A DNA stretch of 64,000 nucleotides, taken from positions 1-64,000 of the IMG/VR virus record IMGVR_UViG_3300020392_000008. One strand, 5' to 3'. Position 1 is the first letter of the stretch; the number at the start of each line of letters is the position of its first letter. The stretch comes from a virus. Made by a program: the position numbers and the translations under genes. The notes below the pieces were generated by a model. The model was given only the letters and a program-made list of their open reading frames with translations, did no database searches and was not told the origin of the DNA. This document shows positions 20,603-30,937 of the stretch, in pieces.

Positions 20603-22138
20603 ATGGCACATATATCAGATTTTAAGAGGTTTAAAATTCTTTTAGAGAATAATAACCTTAATTACCTAGCGATAAATGAAGATTATCCAGCTTCAAAATC
20701 AACGCCAAATGCAGCCGGTGAAAAAATTAACTCCGGAGGTGACTCCTATCAAGGGCTTAAAAATATTTCTCCAGGAGGCGATGATGCTTTTAATGATTCA
20801 GGACAAGCGGCTGCTAGAGATGCAGCACAGGAATGTTTTGGAACTACAGCCATGCCAAATTTTAAAGTTGGTACCAGGTCAAGTGTTATATCTGACAATA
20901 CAGAAACATCAAACATATATAGAGCTCTTATAGGTGGAGCCGCAATAATGGCTGGAAAATCTAAGTTATTAGGAAGTGACGATGACATAGCTAAATATGC
21001 TTCAGCATTTGCTGCAAAAACTACTAAAGTAGGTACTAAAAAACTAATATTCAAGAAAGATTCCAATAGTCGTGTGCTATCTGTTGAAACGGTAAAGCCA
21101 AACTCGATTAAGACCGGATCAGGTAAAGAAGGCGATAGTCATTTAAATAGTGTAATGCAATATATTAATGCCTTTAACCTAACAAATTGGGCACTTGGAT
21201 CTGGTGTTCAATATGACCCAAATAAAATATTAAATGATAATAATAGAGTAGACCTTACCTCTAATAGTAATTCTACTATTGATGAAAAAGGATTTTTATA
21301 TCTAGTATCACCGGGTGAATTTGTACAAAGTAAAGGCGAAAGAAAAGATGTAGATCAAGTTGTTCAAGGTGAAGAAGCTAAAACAGGAGAAGTTGAAGTT
21401 TCTTTTGGAAACATGCAATATAAAGTTGACCCATCTAACCCTAAAGTAAAGGAGATTGGAGACAAAATAAAATCATACCTTGGTGATAAAGGACAAATCA
21501 AAGCTATTACATTAACGTCTTCAGCTAGTCCAAGTTGGAAAGGTGCTAAAACAGGTGTAAGTAATGGTACAGATGAACCTGGTAAAGGAAAACTAACCGC
21601 AGCAAATTTTGCTAATGAAACCTCTGAATTAGGTAATCAATATTTAGCCTATTTAAGAGGTAAAAGCTTTGAAGACGCTCTTCATGCATACTTAGGAGAT
21701 GCATACCCTCAGAATGCTAATACAACAATCGCTTGGAAAGTCTCTACAGAACAACCAGGTAATGGTAAACATATTAAATATACTGTTACAACTAAAGCAC
21801 AAGCACCACAAATAATTACTAAAACCGAGTTTCAAGGAGGAGACGGTGAAGTTAAAAAAGGTGCTGCTGAACTTGTAATTTATAAAGTTACATTTAAAAA
21901 CTCAGCCTTCGCTGGAGAATCTAAAGGTAAAAAGAAAGATTATTTCAAGTTGGAAGTAGGTGATCCAATACGTATTTATGGTCTTAAAAATCCAAATAAA
22001 AAATATAAAACCACAGTATCTAGAGTAGAAGGTAATAAAGTATATTACAAAAAGAAAGATGGTTCAGAAGAGTTCTTAAAACGGAGCAGGTATGCTGGAT
22101 TATCTAGTAAACCTAAAGATACAGGAGACGACTTTTAA
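20603..22138 (+). CDS. Probable virion/internal protein with an OmpA-C-like motif
   Basis: TATAAATA promoter; N-terminus HISDFKRF..LLE; ITLTSSAS...GNQYLAYLRG. Confidence 0.6.
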   Translation: MAHISDFKRFKILLENNNLNYLAINEDYPASKSTPNAAGEKINSGGDSYQGLKNISPGGDDAFNDSGQAAARDAAQECFGTTAMPNFKVGTRSSVISDNTETSNIYRALIGGAAIMAGKSKLLGSDDDIAKYASAFAAKTTKVGTKKLIFKKDSNSRVLSVETVKPNSIKTGSGKEGDSHLNSVMQYINAFNLTNWALGSGVQYDPNKILNDNNRVDLTSNSNSTIDEKGFLYLVSPGEFVQSKGERKDVDQVVQGEEAKTGEVEVSFGNMQYKVDPSNPKVKEIGDKIKSYLGDKGQIKAITLTSSASPSWKGAKTGVSNGTDEPGKGKLTAANFANETSELGNQYLAYLRGKSFEDALHAYLGDAYPQNANTTIAWKVSTEQPGNGKHIKYTVTTKAQAPQIITKTEFQGGDGEVKKGAAELVIYKVTFKNSAFAGESKGKKKDYFKLEVGDPIRIYGLKNPNKKYKTTVSRVEGNKVYYKKKDGSEEFLKRSRYAGLSSKPKDTGDDF

Positions 22139-22160
22139 TAAAGTATCATCAAATAATATT

Positions 22161-22191
22161 AAAGGAGAGTTTTTATAGCTCTCCTTTTTTT
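22161..22191 (+). terminator. Intrinsic (possibly bidirectional) terminator
   Basis: aaaggagag...ctctccttt plus a T-tract between convergent genes. Confidence 0.75.
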
Positions 22192-22724
22192 ATGTACTTA
22201 TACCCGTTAATAGCAGCACCAACCCTGTTATCAACTGCGTGAAATGTTGCATCAAATCTAATAGATTGTTTTTCCCTGTCTATAATTATTATACAAAAAA
22301 CTGTTGCTACATCATAAACGTCCCTTGAAATAGCCTGTTCATGTGTAGGTGAGTTAATCCAGCCTGTTAAAGCTTGACTAGCAATAAACTCAAAGTCACC
22401 GCTTAATATGTCGTTAACTTTTTCTTCGAACGTAATAGATCCATTATGTCTCCATGTATAGAGACACTCAGCACTATTCCAATATCCTATGCTGTCAGAA
22501 TGTTTTGTAGGGTAAATATCTATATTTCTATTAGCAACTCTCTTTGAAAAGTCTCTCATTAAACCCTGTTCGAATTGAATAAATGGTTCTTTACCTTTTA
22601 CTACCCTATATTGGTTTATTTTTTTCCATACCAGTTTATCTAATTCAATAGAGGTATACCTTTCAGGTTGAGAAAAAATAGGGTTAAAAAGAATTGTAAA
22701 TGCTATTATTAGTAAAGTCTTCAT
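22173..22724 (-). CDS. Secreted CAP (SCP/PR-1) domain protein
   Basis: Signal peptide ending IFS-Q; INQYR..G; H; AECL; WINSPTH. Confidence 0.75.
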   Translation of the reverse strand: MKTLLIIAFTILFNPIFSQPERYTSIELDKLVWKKINQYRVVKGKEPFIQFEQGLMRDFSKRVANRNIDIYPTKHSDSIGYWNSAECLYTWRHNGSITFEEKVNDILSGDFEFIASQALTGWINSPTHEQAISRDVYDVATVFCIIIIDREKQSIRFDATFHAVDNRVGAAINGYKYIKKGEL

Positions 22725-22827
22725 ATTTTTTGTAATTGTTATATAAATAATATACTATTTTTTTACGTATAAATAAACAAGAGTAGGCTTTTTTTACAGC
22801 AATGCATAAAAATGGTATATTATACAT

Positions 22828-23541
22828 ATGAAAGAATTTGACTATGTAACCCATAAAAACGGAGACCGTGTTAGGATAGAATGGTATTGGGATGACGTAG
22901 AGGATCAAGAAAGCGAAGAATACCCTATTCAAAAGGGTTGGATAAGAGGATATGCAGAAGATGGTAGCGTTTGGACTTCATGGATACAATTTGCAGATCA
23001 TGAAGACTGGTGGGAACACCTAGATGAAGAAGACTTTGAAATGCTAGAACCGCCTGGTTCGGTTAAAGAGCTTACAATAGTTGACTATTGGAAAAGAGAT
23101 CACCCTGACTATTGGTTGATTAGTGGATTAAGACCAAACATGAAAAAACGTATAAAAGATGTATCCCGAAAAATTAACCCTAAACAATACTTTAATGAAA
23201 AACTTGGAAGAGTTGGCATTGATATAGAAAATGGAAGCTGGAATAAAAAAAGAAATTCCACATGGGAAGACCCTTATAAGTTAATGGTTAAAAACACTTA
23301 TAAGATACCTCTAGATATAGTAGAAGATAATTTAAATGAATATACAGAATTTATAAGAGTAAAAGAAAACGGTGAATGGATTATAAGAGCAACTGAATAT
23401 GGATTAGTTAGATGGTTAATGGGTTTATCAGATTATGGTTTTTTTATTAATGATAGAAATTCATTAAAAGGTTATGTTGGAAAATGGATTTTACCAGGTT
23501 CCCGCGACGCGTTACCTTTAGTAGATACTAAAGTAAAATAA
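22828..23541 (+). CDS. Hypothetical protein
   Basis: 237-aa ORF, Trp- and acid-rich. Confidence 0.7.
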   Translation: MKEFDYVTHKNGDRVRIEWYWDDVEDQESEEYPIQKGWIRGYAEDGSVWTSWIQFADHEDWWEHLDEEDFEMLEPPGSVKELTIVDYWKRDHPDYWLISGLRPNMKKRIKDVSRKINPKQYFNEKLGRVGIDIENGSWNKKRNSTWEDPYKLMVKNTYKIPLDIVEDNLNEYTEFIRVKENGEWIIRATEYGLVRWLMGLSDYGFFINDRNSLKGYVGKWILPGSRDALPLVDTKVK

Positions 23542-23695
23542 TAAAAGTAAAGACTAGAGTAACTATAAAGTACCCACCCGCTTACCCTATTCTACTATGA
23601 GAAAATAAAAGGTTTTAGTTTTTTTAAAAAAATTTAGTAATGAAACTATTTCTTTTTTTATAATATAATATTTCTATTAAAAATATAAAGTATGA

Positions 23696-24364
23696 ATGAA
23701 TATAATTGGTATAGATTTTTCTATACTTTATCCAGGGATTTGTATATCAAATGATTTTAAAGATTTCAAATGGATAGGTATTGCAAATAATAAGATAACT
23801 AAAAAGGATACAAAATTAATGGAAGAAATTTCTTTAACTTATCCTAATCTTAAATTGCATTGTTTAGGTGAAAGAGCAAAAAAAGAAAACCAATATCACA
23901 TAAACGAAAGAAACAAACTAGAAAATTATATCAAATTAACTGACTATATAATTGACAAAATTAAAGAACATACCAAAAGAACAGATAATATAATAGCAAT
24001 AGAAGGAATTTCATTTGGTTCCTCAGGCAACAGTTTAGTAGACATATCACAGGCGACAGGTATAGTAAAATCAAAATTACTTACATTAACCGATACAATA
24101 CAAAAAGTATTTGTATTTAGCCCAAGCGAATTAAAAAACGCAATAGGTTGTAAAGGTAACGCCTCAAAAATAGATGTGTATAATCAATTTAAAAAAGATC
24201 CTATTATAGAAGCAGCTAAAAAGTCTGATTTGTATAAATTATTAAACCAGGACGAAGGCGTTATTTTTAATGGTAAAAATATAAAATCACCATATATGGA
24301 TATGGTTGATTCTTATTTACCTATAGTTAAAATATACAACATTTTAAAAAATAACGAACAATGA
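23696..24364 (+). CDS. RuvC-like Holliday junction resolvase
   Basis: IIGIDFS, AIEG, SPSELK..GNASK, DMVDSY. Confidence 0.82.
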   Translation: MNIIGIDFSILYPGICISNDFKDFKWIGIANNKITKKDTKLMEEISLTYPNLKLHCLGERAKKENQYHINERNKLENYIKLTDYIIDKIKEHTKRTDNIIAIEGISFGSSGNSLVDISQATGIVKSKLLTLTDTIQKVFVFSPSELKNAIGCKGNASKIDVYNQFKKDPIIEAAKKSDLYKLLNQDEGVIFNGKNIKSPYMDMVDSYLPIVKIYNILKNNEQ

Positions 24365-24365
24365 A

Positions 24366-24779
24366 ATGCCTCAAGCAAAAAGAACACGTAGAAAAAAAGG
24401 TGATAAAAACTACATAAACAACAAAGAATTCACCGCATCAGTTATAGAATCAAAAGAATTAGATGAACTTCAGCCTTTTACAATAGAATGCTTTGTAATG
24501 CTAGCAAATAGAGCAGTTGAAAGACTCTATTTTAAAGATTATAGGGACCGGGAAGACTGTATACAGTCAGCATTAGTAGATTGTATTAAATACTGGAGAA
24601 ATTTTGACCCAACCAAATCTGATCCACCAAATGCTTTTGCATACTTCACTCAAATGTGCAAAAACGGTTATGCAAAAGAATGGAAAAAAATTCATAAAAA
24701 AACAGGATTAGAAGATGGAGAAAATGTTGAAACCATTTCACTAAGCACTGGTGGAGATAGCTCGGTATATACTATTTAA
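24366..24779 (+). CDS. T4 gp55-like late sigma factor
   Basis: NYINNKEF, NFDPTKS..NAFAYFTQ. Confidence 0.85.
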   Translation: MPQAKRTRRKKGDKNYINNKEFTASVIESKELDELQPFTIECFVMLANRAVERLYFKDYRDREDCIQSALVDCIKYWRNFDPTKSDPPNAFAYFTQMCKNGYAKEWKKIHKKTGLEDGENVETISLSTGGDSSVYTI

Positions 24780-24824
24780 TATGTTTTAATTTTTAATAAA
24801 TAATCTAAATATTTAACCACTAAA

Positions 24825-27800
24825 ATGCAAATAAACAATCTTCATTTTTTTGATAGAGACGGTGAACTAATAAACCTTCAGGTTAACCCTGAAACAGGCG
24901 TTTTAGAAGGAAACATATATTTCGAACAGTTATCAATAGCTTTATATGATAATGAAAATATTTTTATACTTGAAAAGGTTGGAAATGATTATAAGTTTCC
25001 AACCCTAACAGGTGGTCAATCTATTGTTGCTAAATGGAATGAAAATGTAGCATCTAATATTTTTTTATATGATGTAGAACAGGACCTAAATGTAGGTGAA
25101 TTTGTAATTAATAAAAAAGATTCAATTACGGTTTCCTATGAAGACGTTTTACCAAACGGTTCAGGTGCGGCTATTGATTTAGAAATACCCCTACAATTAA
25201 ATGTTGGTTTTAACCCTGAAAGTGAAGTTGAATACCTAAGAAGCTTAACACTTTACCTAGAGGATCAAACCACTGGAACAAGCGAAAAAATAGCTGATCT
25301 ACTTTTTTATGGAGAAGGTGAAGACGAAGACGAAAGATTTAGAGTATGGTTAGAAAATTTTGGAATAAAATTTAATAGACAAGATGCAAATATTTTAGCT
25401 TCATATGACATAAAGGAGGTTAATCCAGATTGGAAAAAAATTAACGCATCTAGAAAAAGCTTACTTGTAAATCATAGCGAAATATATCCGTATATAGGAA
25501 CATATAAAGGTCTAGTTAACTTTGTAAACATGATGGGGTATAAAGACGCTTTACATGTAAAAGAATATTGGAAAAACGCAAATCCTAATTCACCTTATTT
25601 TAATAAATTATTTTTAGTTGATTTAACAGATATACTAGATGACGGTAAAATAGACAATTTAAATTTAGTTAACTTAAACAAAAACATTAAAGACGGCAAA
25701 CAATTTGTTAAAACGGAATTTTTAGCACTTACTTATGAATTTACAAAAGCAACAGATAATTTTGACGATGACGGTGTACCTGAAGTAGTTGAAACTACTG
25801 ATTTTACAGTAGACGAAATATTTTATAAATTAAATCAACTTGGTAAAAAGGTTAAAAACGAAATATTACCTATTAATGTTAAGATAAAAGATATTATAGG
25901 TGAATTTATATATTTTCAAAAGTATACAATTAAACATTGGCCAGATAGGACTGATATTTTAGATTATGATTTAAACGAAAGAGTAGGAATAAAATGTTCC
26001 CCTAATGAAAATCAAAGGTTGACAATTGTTCAACTTGACCCATTGTACTCTCAATCATACAGCGGTGGAATAGACATGGGTTTTAATAGAATTAACCAAA
26101 CTGCACCAAATCCATATAGCTCTTTTCAAAAATACAACCCAAATGATATAGATTCTATATGCGATTATATTGAAGAGTATTATAAATCTGTACAAACTCA
26201 ACGCTTCCCTGATATTTCAAAGAAACTTCTATGGGATATGGGGGATTCACCTGACAAAGAAATTGGTGCGCCAATAATACTAGACATGGATTTGGATAAG
26301 TTTACATGTGAAACTTTTAATGGCGTTACCTGGTTAGATTTATCAAACATACCTCTTTACTGGACTTTTGAAAATTTAGATTTAAGAAATGTTTATGAAA
26401 TAACCTGGAGAATTACTAAACCTACTCCTAATCCATATAACTTTGAATACAGGGGTTTAGCAAAAGACATTAGAAGACTACCTCATTTTTTACCATACGT
26501 AGGGGAATATACGGTTCATATAGATATTCACACGTTTAACGGTAATACAAGTACGTACACTAAAAAAATAAAAGTTGACGAGGATAAAAAACCAGAGATA
26601 GTGGCAGTGTCTAGACTAGAAGATAAATTTAACCTAAGACTAGACAATTTAGAAAATGTTCAAATAAAAGATTTTGGAACATCGCCGTTGTATTTTCCTA
26701 GAATAAACGTACTAGATAGTGATATAACTAATTTTGACATATATAAAAATTTATTAGAGTTTGAAACATTTTTTCAGCATCGATATGGATCAGGTAAAGA
26801 CATATACGACGTAGAATTTTACGATGAAGATACTCAATCATATTTAGCATATTCAGATCCATTAAATACTTTAGAAGCAAAAAAGAATTGGGGCCTTGGA
26901 AAAAATACAATTCCTTTTAAAATAAGCGACTTTGAACAAAAGACACTTAAAGATTTATACTTTATGAGGTTTAGTGATTTAATATATCAAGGTGATTTTT
27001 TAGCCGGTTTCTATATAGTTAATCCTACACCCGGCGATAGTATAATTATATCTCAATACCCTGTTTATAACATACCTAATTTTTCTACTCTTCAAGAATT
27101 GGTTGATATTTTAAATGATGAAAATGTTCATCAAGGAATACGAAAGTTTAATTATGAAATAATTGGTGGTAAAATTCATGCACAGGCTAATTATTTTAGT
27201 AGGGAAATGTATCATATACTTTCATTTTTAAATTACCATAGTCCGATTAGTCCTAATTTAAATCAAGGAAGTAGCGATTACACATTTTTTCACCCAAGAA
27301 ATGCATATTCTCAAAGATTAGTGGATTATTTAAATTCAACTTTTCCAATGTTTGAAGAAGACACTCTTTTTCTTTTTTCAAAAACAAAGGATATTTTATC
27401 TGGAGCTGTTCAAGATCCTTATTTTTGGTCTGATGAAGATTATTGGAGATATGAAAATGGTGAACAAAGAGGATATTTACCATCCACAATGGATGAAAAC
27501 GCATTAAATATAAATACTTTAAAATTCTTTAATGAAAGATTCAAGGTTCCGCAACACGCACCTGTTTTTTTTATAATAGATAATTTAGATGGAAAACAAG
27601 AGTATATATGGACATTAAAAGATTCTTTCTCTAAAAAAGAAATAGCAAAAGTAAAAGGAGTACCGTTTTTTGTATGGAAGTTTATTGAATTAGGAAAATA
27701 TGATATATCTGTTGAGATAAAAGATTCAGCAGGAGGTACATATTTTAATGAAATCGAAAACTTTATTACGGTGAGCAATAAAATAAATTATACAAAAAGT

Positions 27801-27848
27801 ATTGAAACAAGATTAAATCATAGAAAATTAAATTTATTAAGTTCTTAG
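24825..27848 (+). CDS. Virion structural protein, probable baseplate wedge component
   Basis: IGTYKGLVNF..GY wedge-type motif; C-terminal PKD/Ig-like GKYDISVEI; late promoter. Confidence 0.6.
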   Translation: MQINNLHFFDRDGELINLQVNPETGVLEGNIYFEQLSIALYDNENIFILEKVGNDYKFPTLTGGQSIVAKWNENVASNIFLYDVEQDLNVGEFVINKKDSITVSYEDVLPNGSGAAIDLEIPLQLNVGFNPESEVEYLRSLTLYLEDQTTGTSEKIADLLFYGEGEDEDERFRVWLENFGIKFNRQDANILASYDIKEVNPDWKKINASRKSLLVNHSEIYPYIGTYKGLVNFVNMMGYKDALHVKEYWKNANPNSPYFNKLFLVDLTDILDDGKIDNLNLVNLNKNIKDGKQFVKTEFLALTYEFTKATDNFDDDGVPEVVETTDFTVDEIFYKLNQLGKKVKNEILPINVKIKDIIGEFIYFQKYTIKHWPDRTDILDYDLNERVGIKCSPNENQRLTIVQLDPLYSQSYSGGIDMGFNRINQTAPNPYSSFQKYNPNDIDSICDYIEEYYKSVQTQRFPDISKKLLWDMGDSPDKEIGAPIILDMDLDKFTCETFNGVTWLDLSNIPLYWTFENLDLRNVYEITWRITKPTPNPYNFEYRGLAKDIRRLPHFLPYVGEYTVHIDIHTFNGNTSTYTKKIKVDEDKKPEIVAVSRLEDKFNLRLDNLENVQIKDFGTSPLYFPRINVLDSDITNFDIYKNLLEFETFFQHRYGSGKDIYDVEFYDEDTQSYLAYSDPLNTLEAKKNWGLGKNTIPFKISDFEQKTLKDLYFMRFSDLIYQGDFLAGFYIVNPTPGDSIIISQYPVYNIPNFSTLQELVDILNDENVHQGIRKFNYEIIGGKIHAQANYFSREMYHILSFLNYHSPISPNLNQGSSDYTFFHPRNAYSQRLVDYLNSTFPMFEEDTLFLFSKTKDILSGAVQDPYFWSDEDYWRYENGEQRGYLPSTMDENALNINTLKFFNERFKVPQHAPVFFIIDNLDGKQEYIWTLKDSFSKKEIAKVKGVPFFVWKFIELGKYDISVEIKDSAGGTYFNEIENFITVSNKINYTKSIETRLNHRKLNLLSS

Positions 27849-27884
27849 TTTATTCTTTATAAATAATTAAAATAATTAACAACA

Positions 27885-28811
27885 ATGGCATTTACACCAA
27901 TAGATATACCTACTCAGGAAATTTTAGAAACAGATTTCGTAGTAGATTTAAGAGTAATTAGCAACGCAAATACTCTTCTTTTAAAAGATTCTATAGAAGA
28001 TCTAATAAACAACTTAGAAATAGATACTAATACACTGTCAATAGGTACAGATACCCCGATTAGTTATATAAGATCAAACTCGTTGATAATGGAAGACACT
28101 GGGTTTGTTTTTCAAACAGGGTCGCCTAGTCAAATTATTTCAAGCTTAACAAAAAATTCAAGCGATCAGTCAGTACTAAATGTTGATATTTTATCAGTTG
28201 ACTCAGATTTTCAAGCAAACACCGTTAGTTCTAATAGTGTTATAGTAACTAACTCACTTACTAGTAATGGAATTATCACGTTAAATGCCCCTCTAGATAT
28301 ACAGTCAGCCGTTTCTCAATCTAAAGAATCTATTGTTGCTATTGTTTCAGATAACGCAGGAACTGCTGAAGCAACTATAACATTAACTGACACATCTAGA
28401 CAAAATATTTTTATTACTTTAGAAGCAGACGCATCAGTCTATACAGGAGGTGGTATAGTTGGAGGTATAAACGATTTTAAATTAAAAATAGATTTTGATG
28501 CATCTAATCCACCCATTCAAGATACTGAATTTACAATATGTTTAGTTAATGTACAAGAATTAGGCATGGCAGCCAATACTACTATAATACCAGATATAAA
28601 TTTGTCTGGTGGTTTAGTATTTACCATAGAAGCAGGTACTAATCAAAATACATCAGCCCCTATTACACTACATGATGGAAACTCTGAATTAACAATTGGA
28701 GCAGGAGACCTTGAACAATATAAGTCTCTAACAACAATGATATATGTTTTAGATGCTAACGCAACGGATAGGTTAATGGTTAAGTCATTAGTTAATATGA
28801 CGCTTGCTTAA
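27885..28811 (+). CDS. Virion structural protein (tail appendage-like)
   Basis: Acidic, beta-rich; TATAAATA upstream. Confidence 0.6.
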   Translation: MAFTPIDIPTQEILETDFVVDLRVISNANTLLLKDSIEDLINNLEIDTNTLSIGTDTPISYIRSNSLIMEDTGFVFQTGSPSQIISSLTKNSSDQSVLNVDILSVDSDFQANTVSSNSVIVTNSLTSNGIITLNAPLDIQSAVSQSKESIVAIVSDNAGTAEATITLTDTSRQNIFITLEADASVYTGGGIVGGINDFKLKIDFDASNPPIQDTEFTICLVNVQELGMAANTTIIPDINLSGGLVFTIEAGTNQNTSAPITLHDGNSELTIGAGDLEQYKSLTTMIYVLDANATDRLMVKSLVNMTLA

Positions 28812-28827
28812 AAAAAGAAACTAATAA

Positions 28828-30933
28828 ATGGCAGTTACACCTTTAATAAAACCCATACAAAATAAGAAAGGAATATTATATAACTTTCAAAGCTCTATTG
28901 AGGATATACAATTAAATTTAACAAACAACCCTAATGGTGTTAGATATTCTAAATTTGCGCTTATTAGACTGCCTGAAATAGGAACACCTGATACATTAGA
29001 AACCGACAACAAAGTTCAATTTTTTGCACCCGGAGAAACCCCCATTGTAGAAGGATTAAACCCAGACAACAATATAAATCTAGCTGAAAGTTTTCAAAAT
29101 TACGCACTTAATTTAGAATCACTGCTTGTTAGTCAAGATGATTATAATTATGAAAATAAACTAACGGTATCTGAAAGGGTATTTTTTAAATGGGCAAAGG
29201 AATTAGGGTCAATTAGATTTGAAGACGCAAATAACCTTCAAAAGAATTTAAATACTTTAGGAACAGAAAAAAGATTTGTAGAACCCGATGATCCTACCTC
29301 AACATATAAGCGAGTTGTTCAATATGTAGCTGACATAGATGTTGTTAACTCCATTAGATCAGCAGATAATGCTTATACTGAAATATTTATACACGTTCCT
29401 ACTAATGTAGGAACAACTCCTTATGTATTGTTTAAATCTGTAAAAGATGAAAATTATTATCCTAATCAAACAATAACTAATAATCCACCCGATCCTTTAG
29501 ATATAGAATATTTAAAAGGTAGGCATTTTGATGAAGTTAACCCGTTTGGGTTAAGTCTTAAAGCTTTTTACGATAGAGACGACGGTAGTGTTAATACTCA
29601 AATAACCGATGATCCAAGTGATCCATCATCTCTGGCCCCGGGTAACTGGTTTACTGAACTTACTAATAATTCTTATTTTACAGATGATTATAATTCAACA
29701 GGAGAATATGACGTGGCTAAAGATCAATTAATTGTAAAGCAAGATAATTTAAATTCAGTTGAATACGTTAGAAATACATTAGACGGAATATGCATAGATT
29801 TTGATTTACAAAACTATAAACTTGCAGCTGAAAATCAAGAAATAAAAGCTTTTACTCAATTAAATGATTATGTAAACAATAAAGACTTTGAATATAATGC
29901 AGTTTTAATATATTATGATGTATTTGACCCAAACAATCTAGATTCTAGTGGAAACCCAATAAATCCGGTAACAAATTTATATGGCGTATTATTTTTAGAT
30001 AAAATAGAACAAGATGGATTAGAATTTATAATTCCACCTATTACTAAGTACATGCCAGATCCTTTGAATGGAACTAATGGTAATGCGTTTTCTCACAAAC
30101 CTAATTTAAAATTAGACACATCAGTTGAAAACGTATTAGTTGAAAAATCAATTAATGATTATTCAACCTTTTCTATGGACTTATTTTTAGATGTATTAAC
30201 CCAGTTTAAAGAGCTTCAGGTTAAATACAACGATAAACTTTTAGAATTAAATAATTTAAAAACTGAAGTGGATGGATTAAAAGATCTGCTATTAAATCAA
30301 GAAGATTTAAACGAATTCAGTATTAGATTATCTAATTTAGAAAATTCATTTACCACAAATCAAGCTTTATTTAGTAACACTAATGCTGTTATGGGAATGA
30401 TAGAAAACCTAAATACCAAGGTAAATGATATTCTTCAAGGAAAAACCTCAATAGAAGTTTCTTACAACCTAGACGTAATAAAAGCCGGGCCGGGAATTGT
30501 GTTAGATAAAAGTATTCCAAATAGACTAAAGATAATAAACTCTAGTCAAGAATATAATGTAGAAAATAATTCTATAACAAACGTATTTATTAATAACACA
30601 ATTAAGCTTGGTAAATTTTCTAATTATATTAAACATGAAAACGCGGGAGTAGGGATAACGCTAAATAAAGATCTTGATATTTATATAGACGACACTGATG
30701 TAGCTTGGTCAAAAGGACAGTCTTTAGATTTAGTTTTTGGAGATGAATTAGATGTAAATATTTACAATGTTAAAATACATACTGATGCTCTTAGTAAAAT
30801 AGGATTAGGCCCATTTGGTAAAACAATAATAACATTAGATGATATAGATTTTCAACCTGATGAAAAACCTATATTTAAAATAACATGCGTAGATGCTAAT
30901 CTATTAAAATTTGAAGTAGACAAAATAAGATAA
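28828..30933 (+). CDS. Virion structural protein with coiled coil
   Basis: 701-aa ORF in the late operon. Confidence 0.6.
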   Translation: MAVTPLIKPIQNKKGILYNFQSSIEDIQLNLTNNPNGVRYSKFALIRLPEIGTPDTLETDNKVQFFAPGETPIVEGLNPDNNINLAESFQNYALNLESLLVSQDDYNYENKLTVSERVFFKWAKELGSIRFEDANNLQKNLNTLGTEKRFVEPDDPTSTYKRVVQYVADIDVVNSIRSADNAYTEIFIHVPTNVGTTPYVLFKSVKDENYYPNQTITNNPPDPLDIEYLKGRHFDEVNPFGLSLKAFYDRDDGSVNTQITDDPSDPSSLAPGNWFTELTNNSYFTDDYNSTGEYDVAKDQLIVKQDNLNSVEYVRNTLDGICIDFDLQNYKLAAENQEIKAFTQLNDYVNNKDFEYNAVLIYYDVFDPNNLDSSGNPINPVTNLYGVLFLDKIEQDGLEFIIPPITKYMPDPLNGTNGNAFSHKPNLKLDTSVENVLVEKSINDYSTFSMDLFLDVLTQFKELQVKYNDKLLELNNLKTEVDGLKDLLLNQEDLNEFSIRLSNLENSFTTNQALFSNTNAVMGMIENLNTKVNDILQGKTSIEVSYNLDVIKAGPGIVLDKSIPNRLKIINSSQEYNVENNSITNVFINNTIKLGKFSNYIKHENAGVGITLNKDLDIYIDDTDVAWSKGQSLDLVFGDELDVNIYNVKIHTDALSKIGLGPFGKTIITLDDIDFQPDEKPIFKITCVDANLLKFEVDKIR

Positions 30934-30937
30934 TAAG

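Noticed and set aside
22684-22932. 82-aa minus-strand ORF
   Set aside because: Overlaps two better-supported genes and their promoter region
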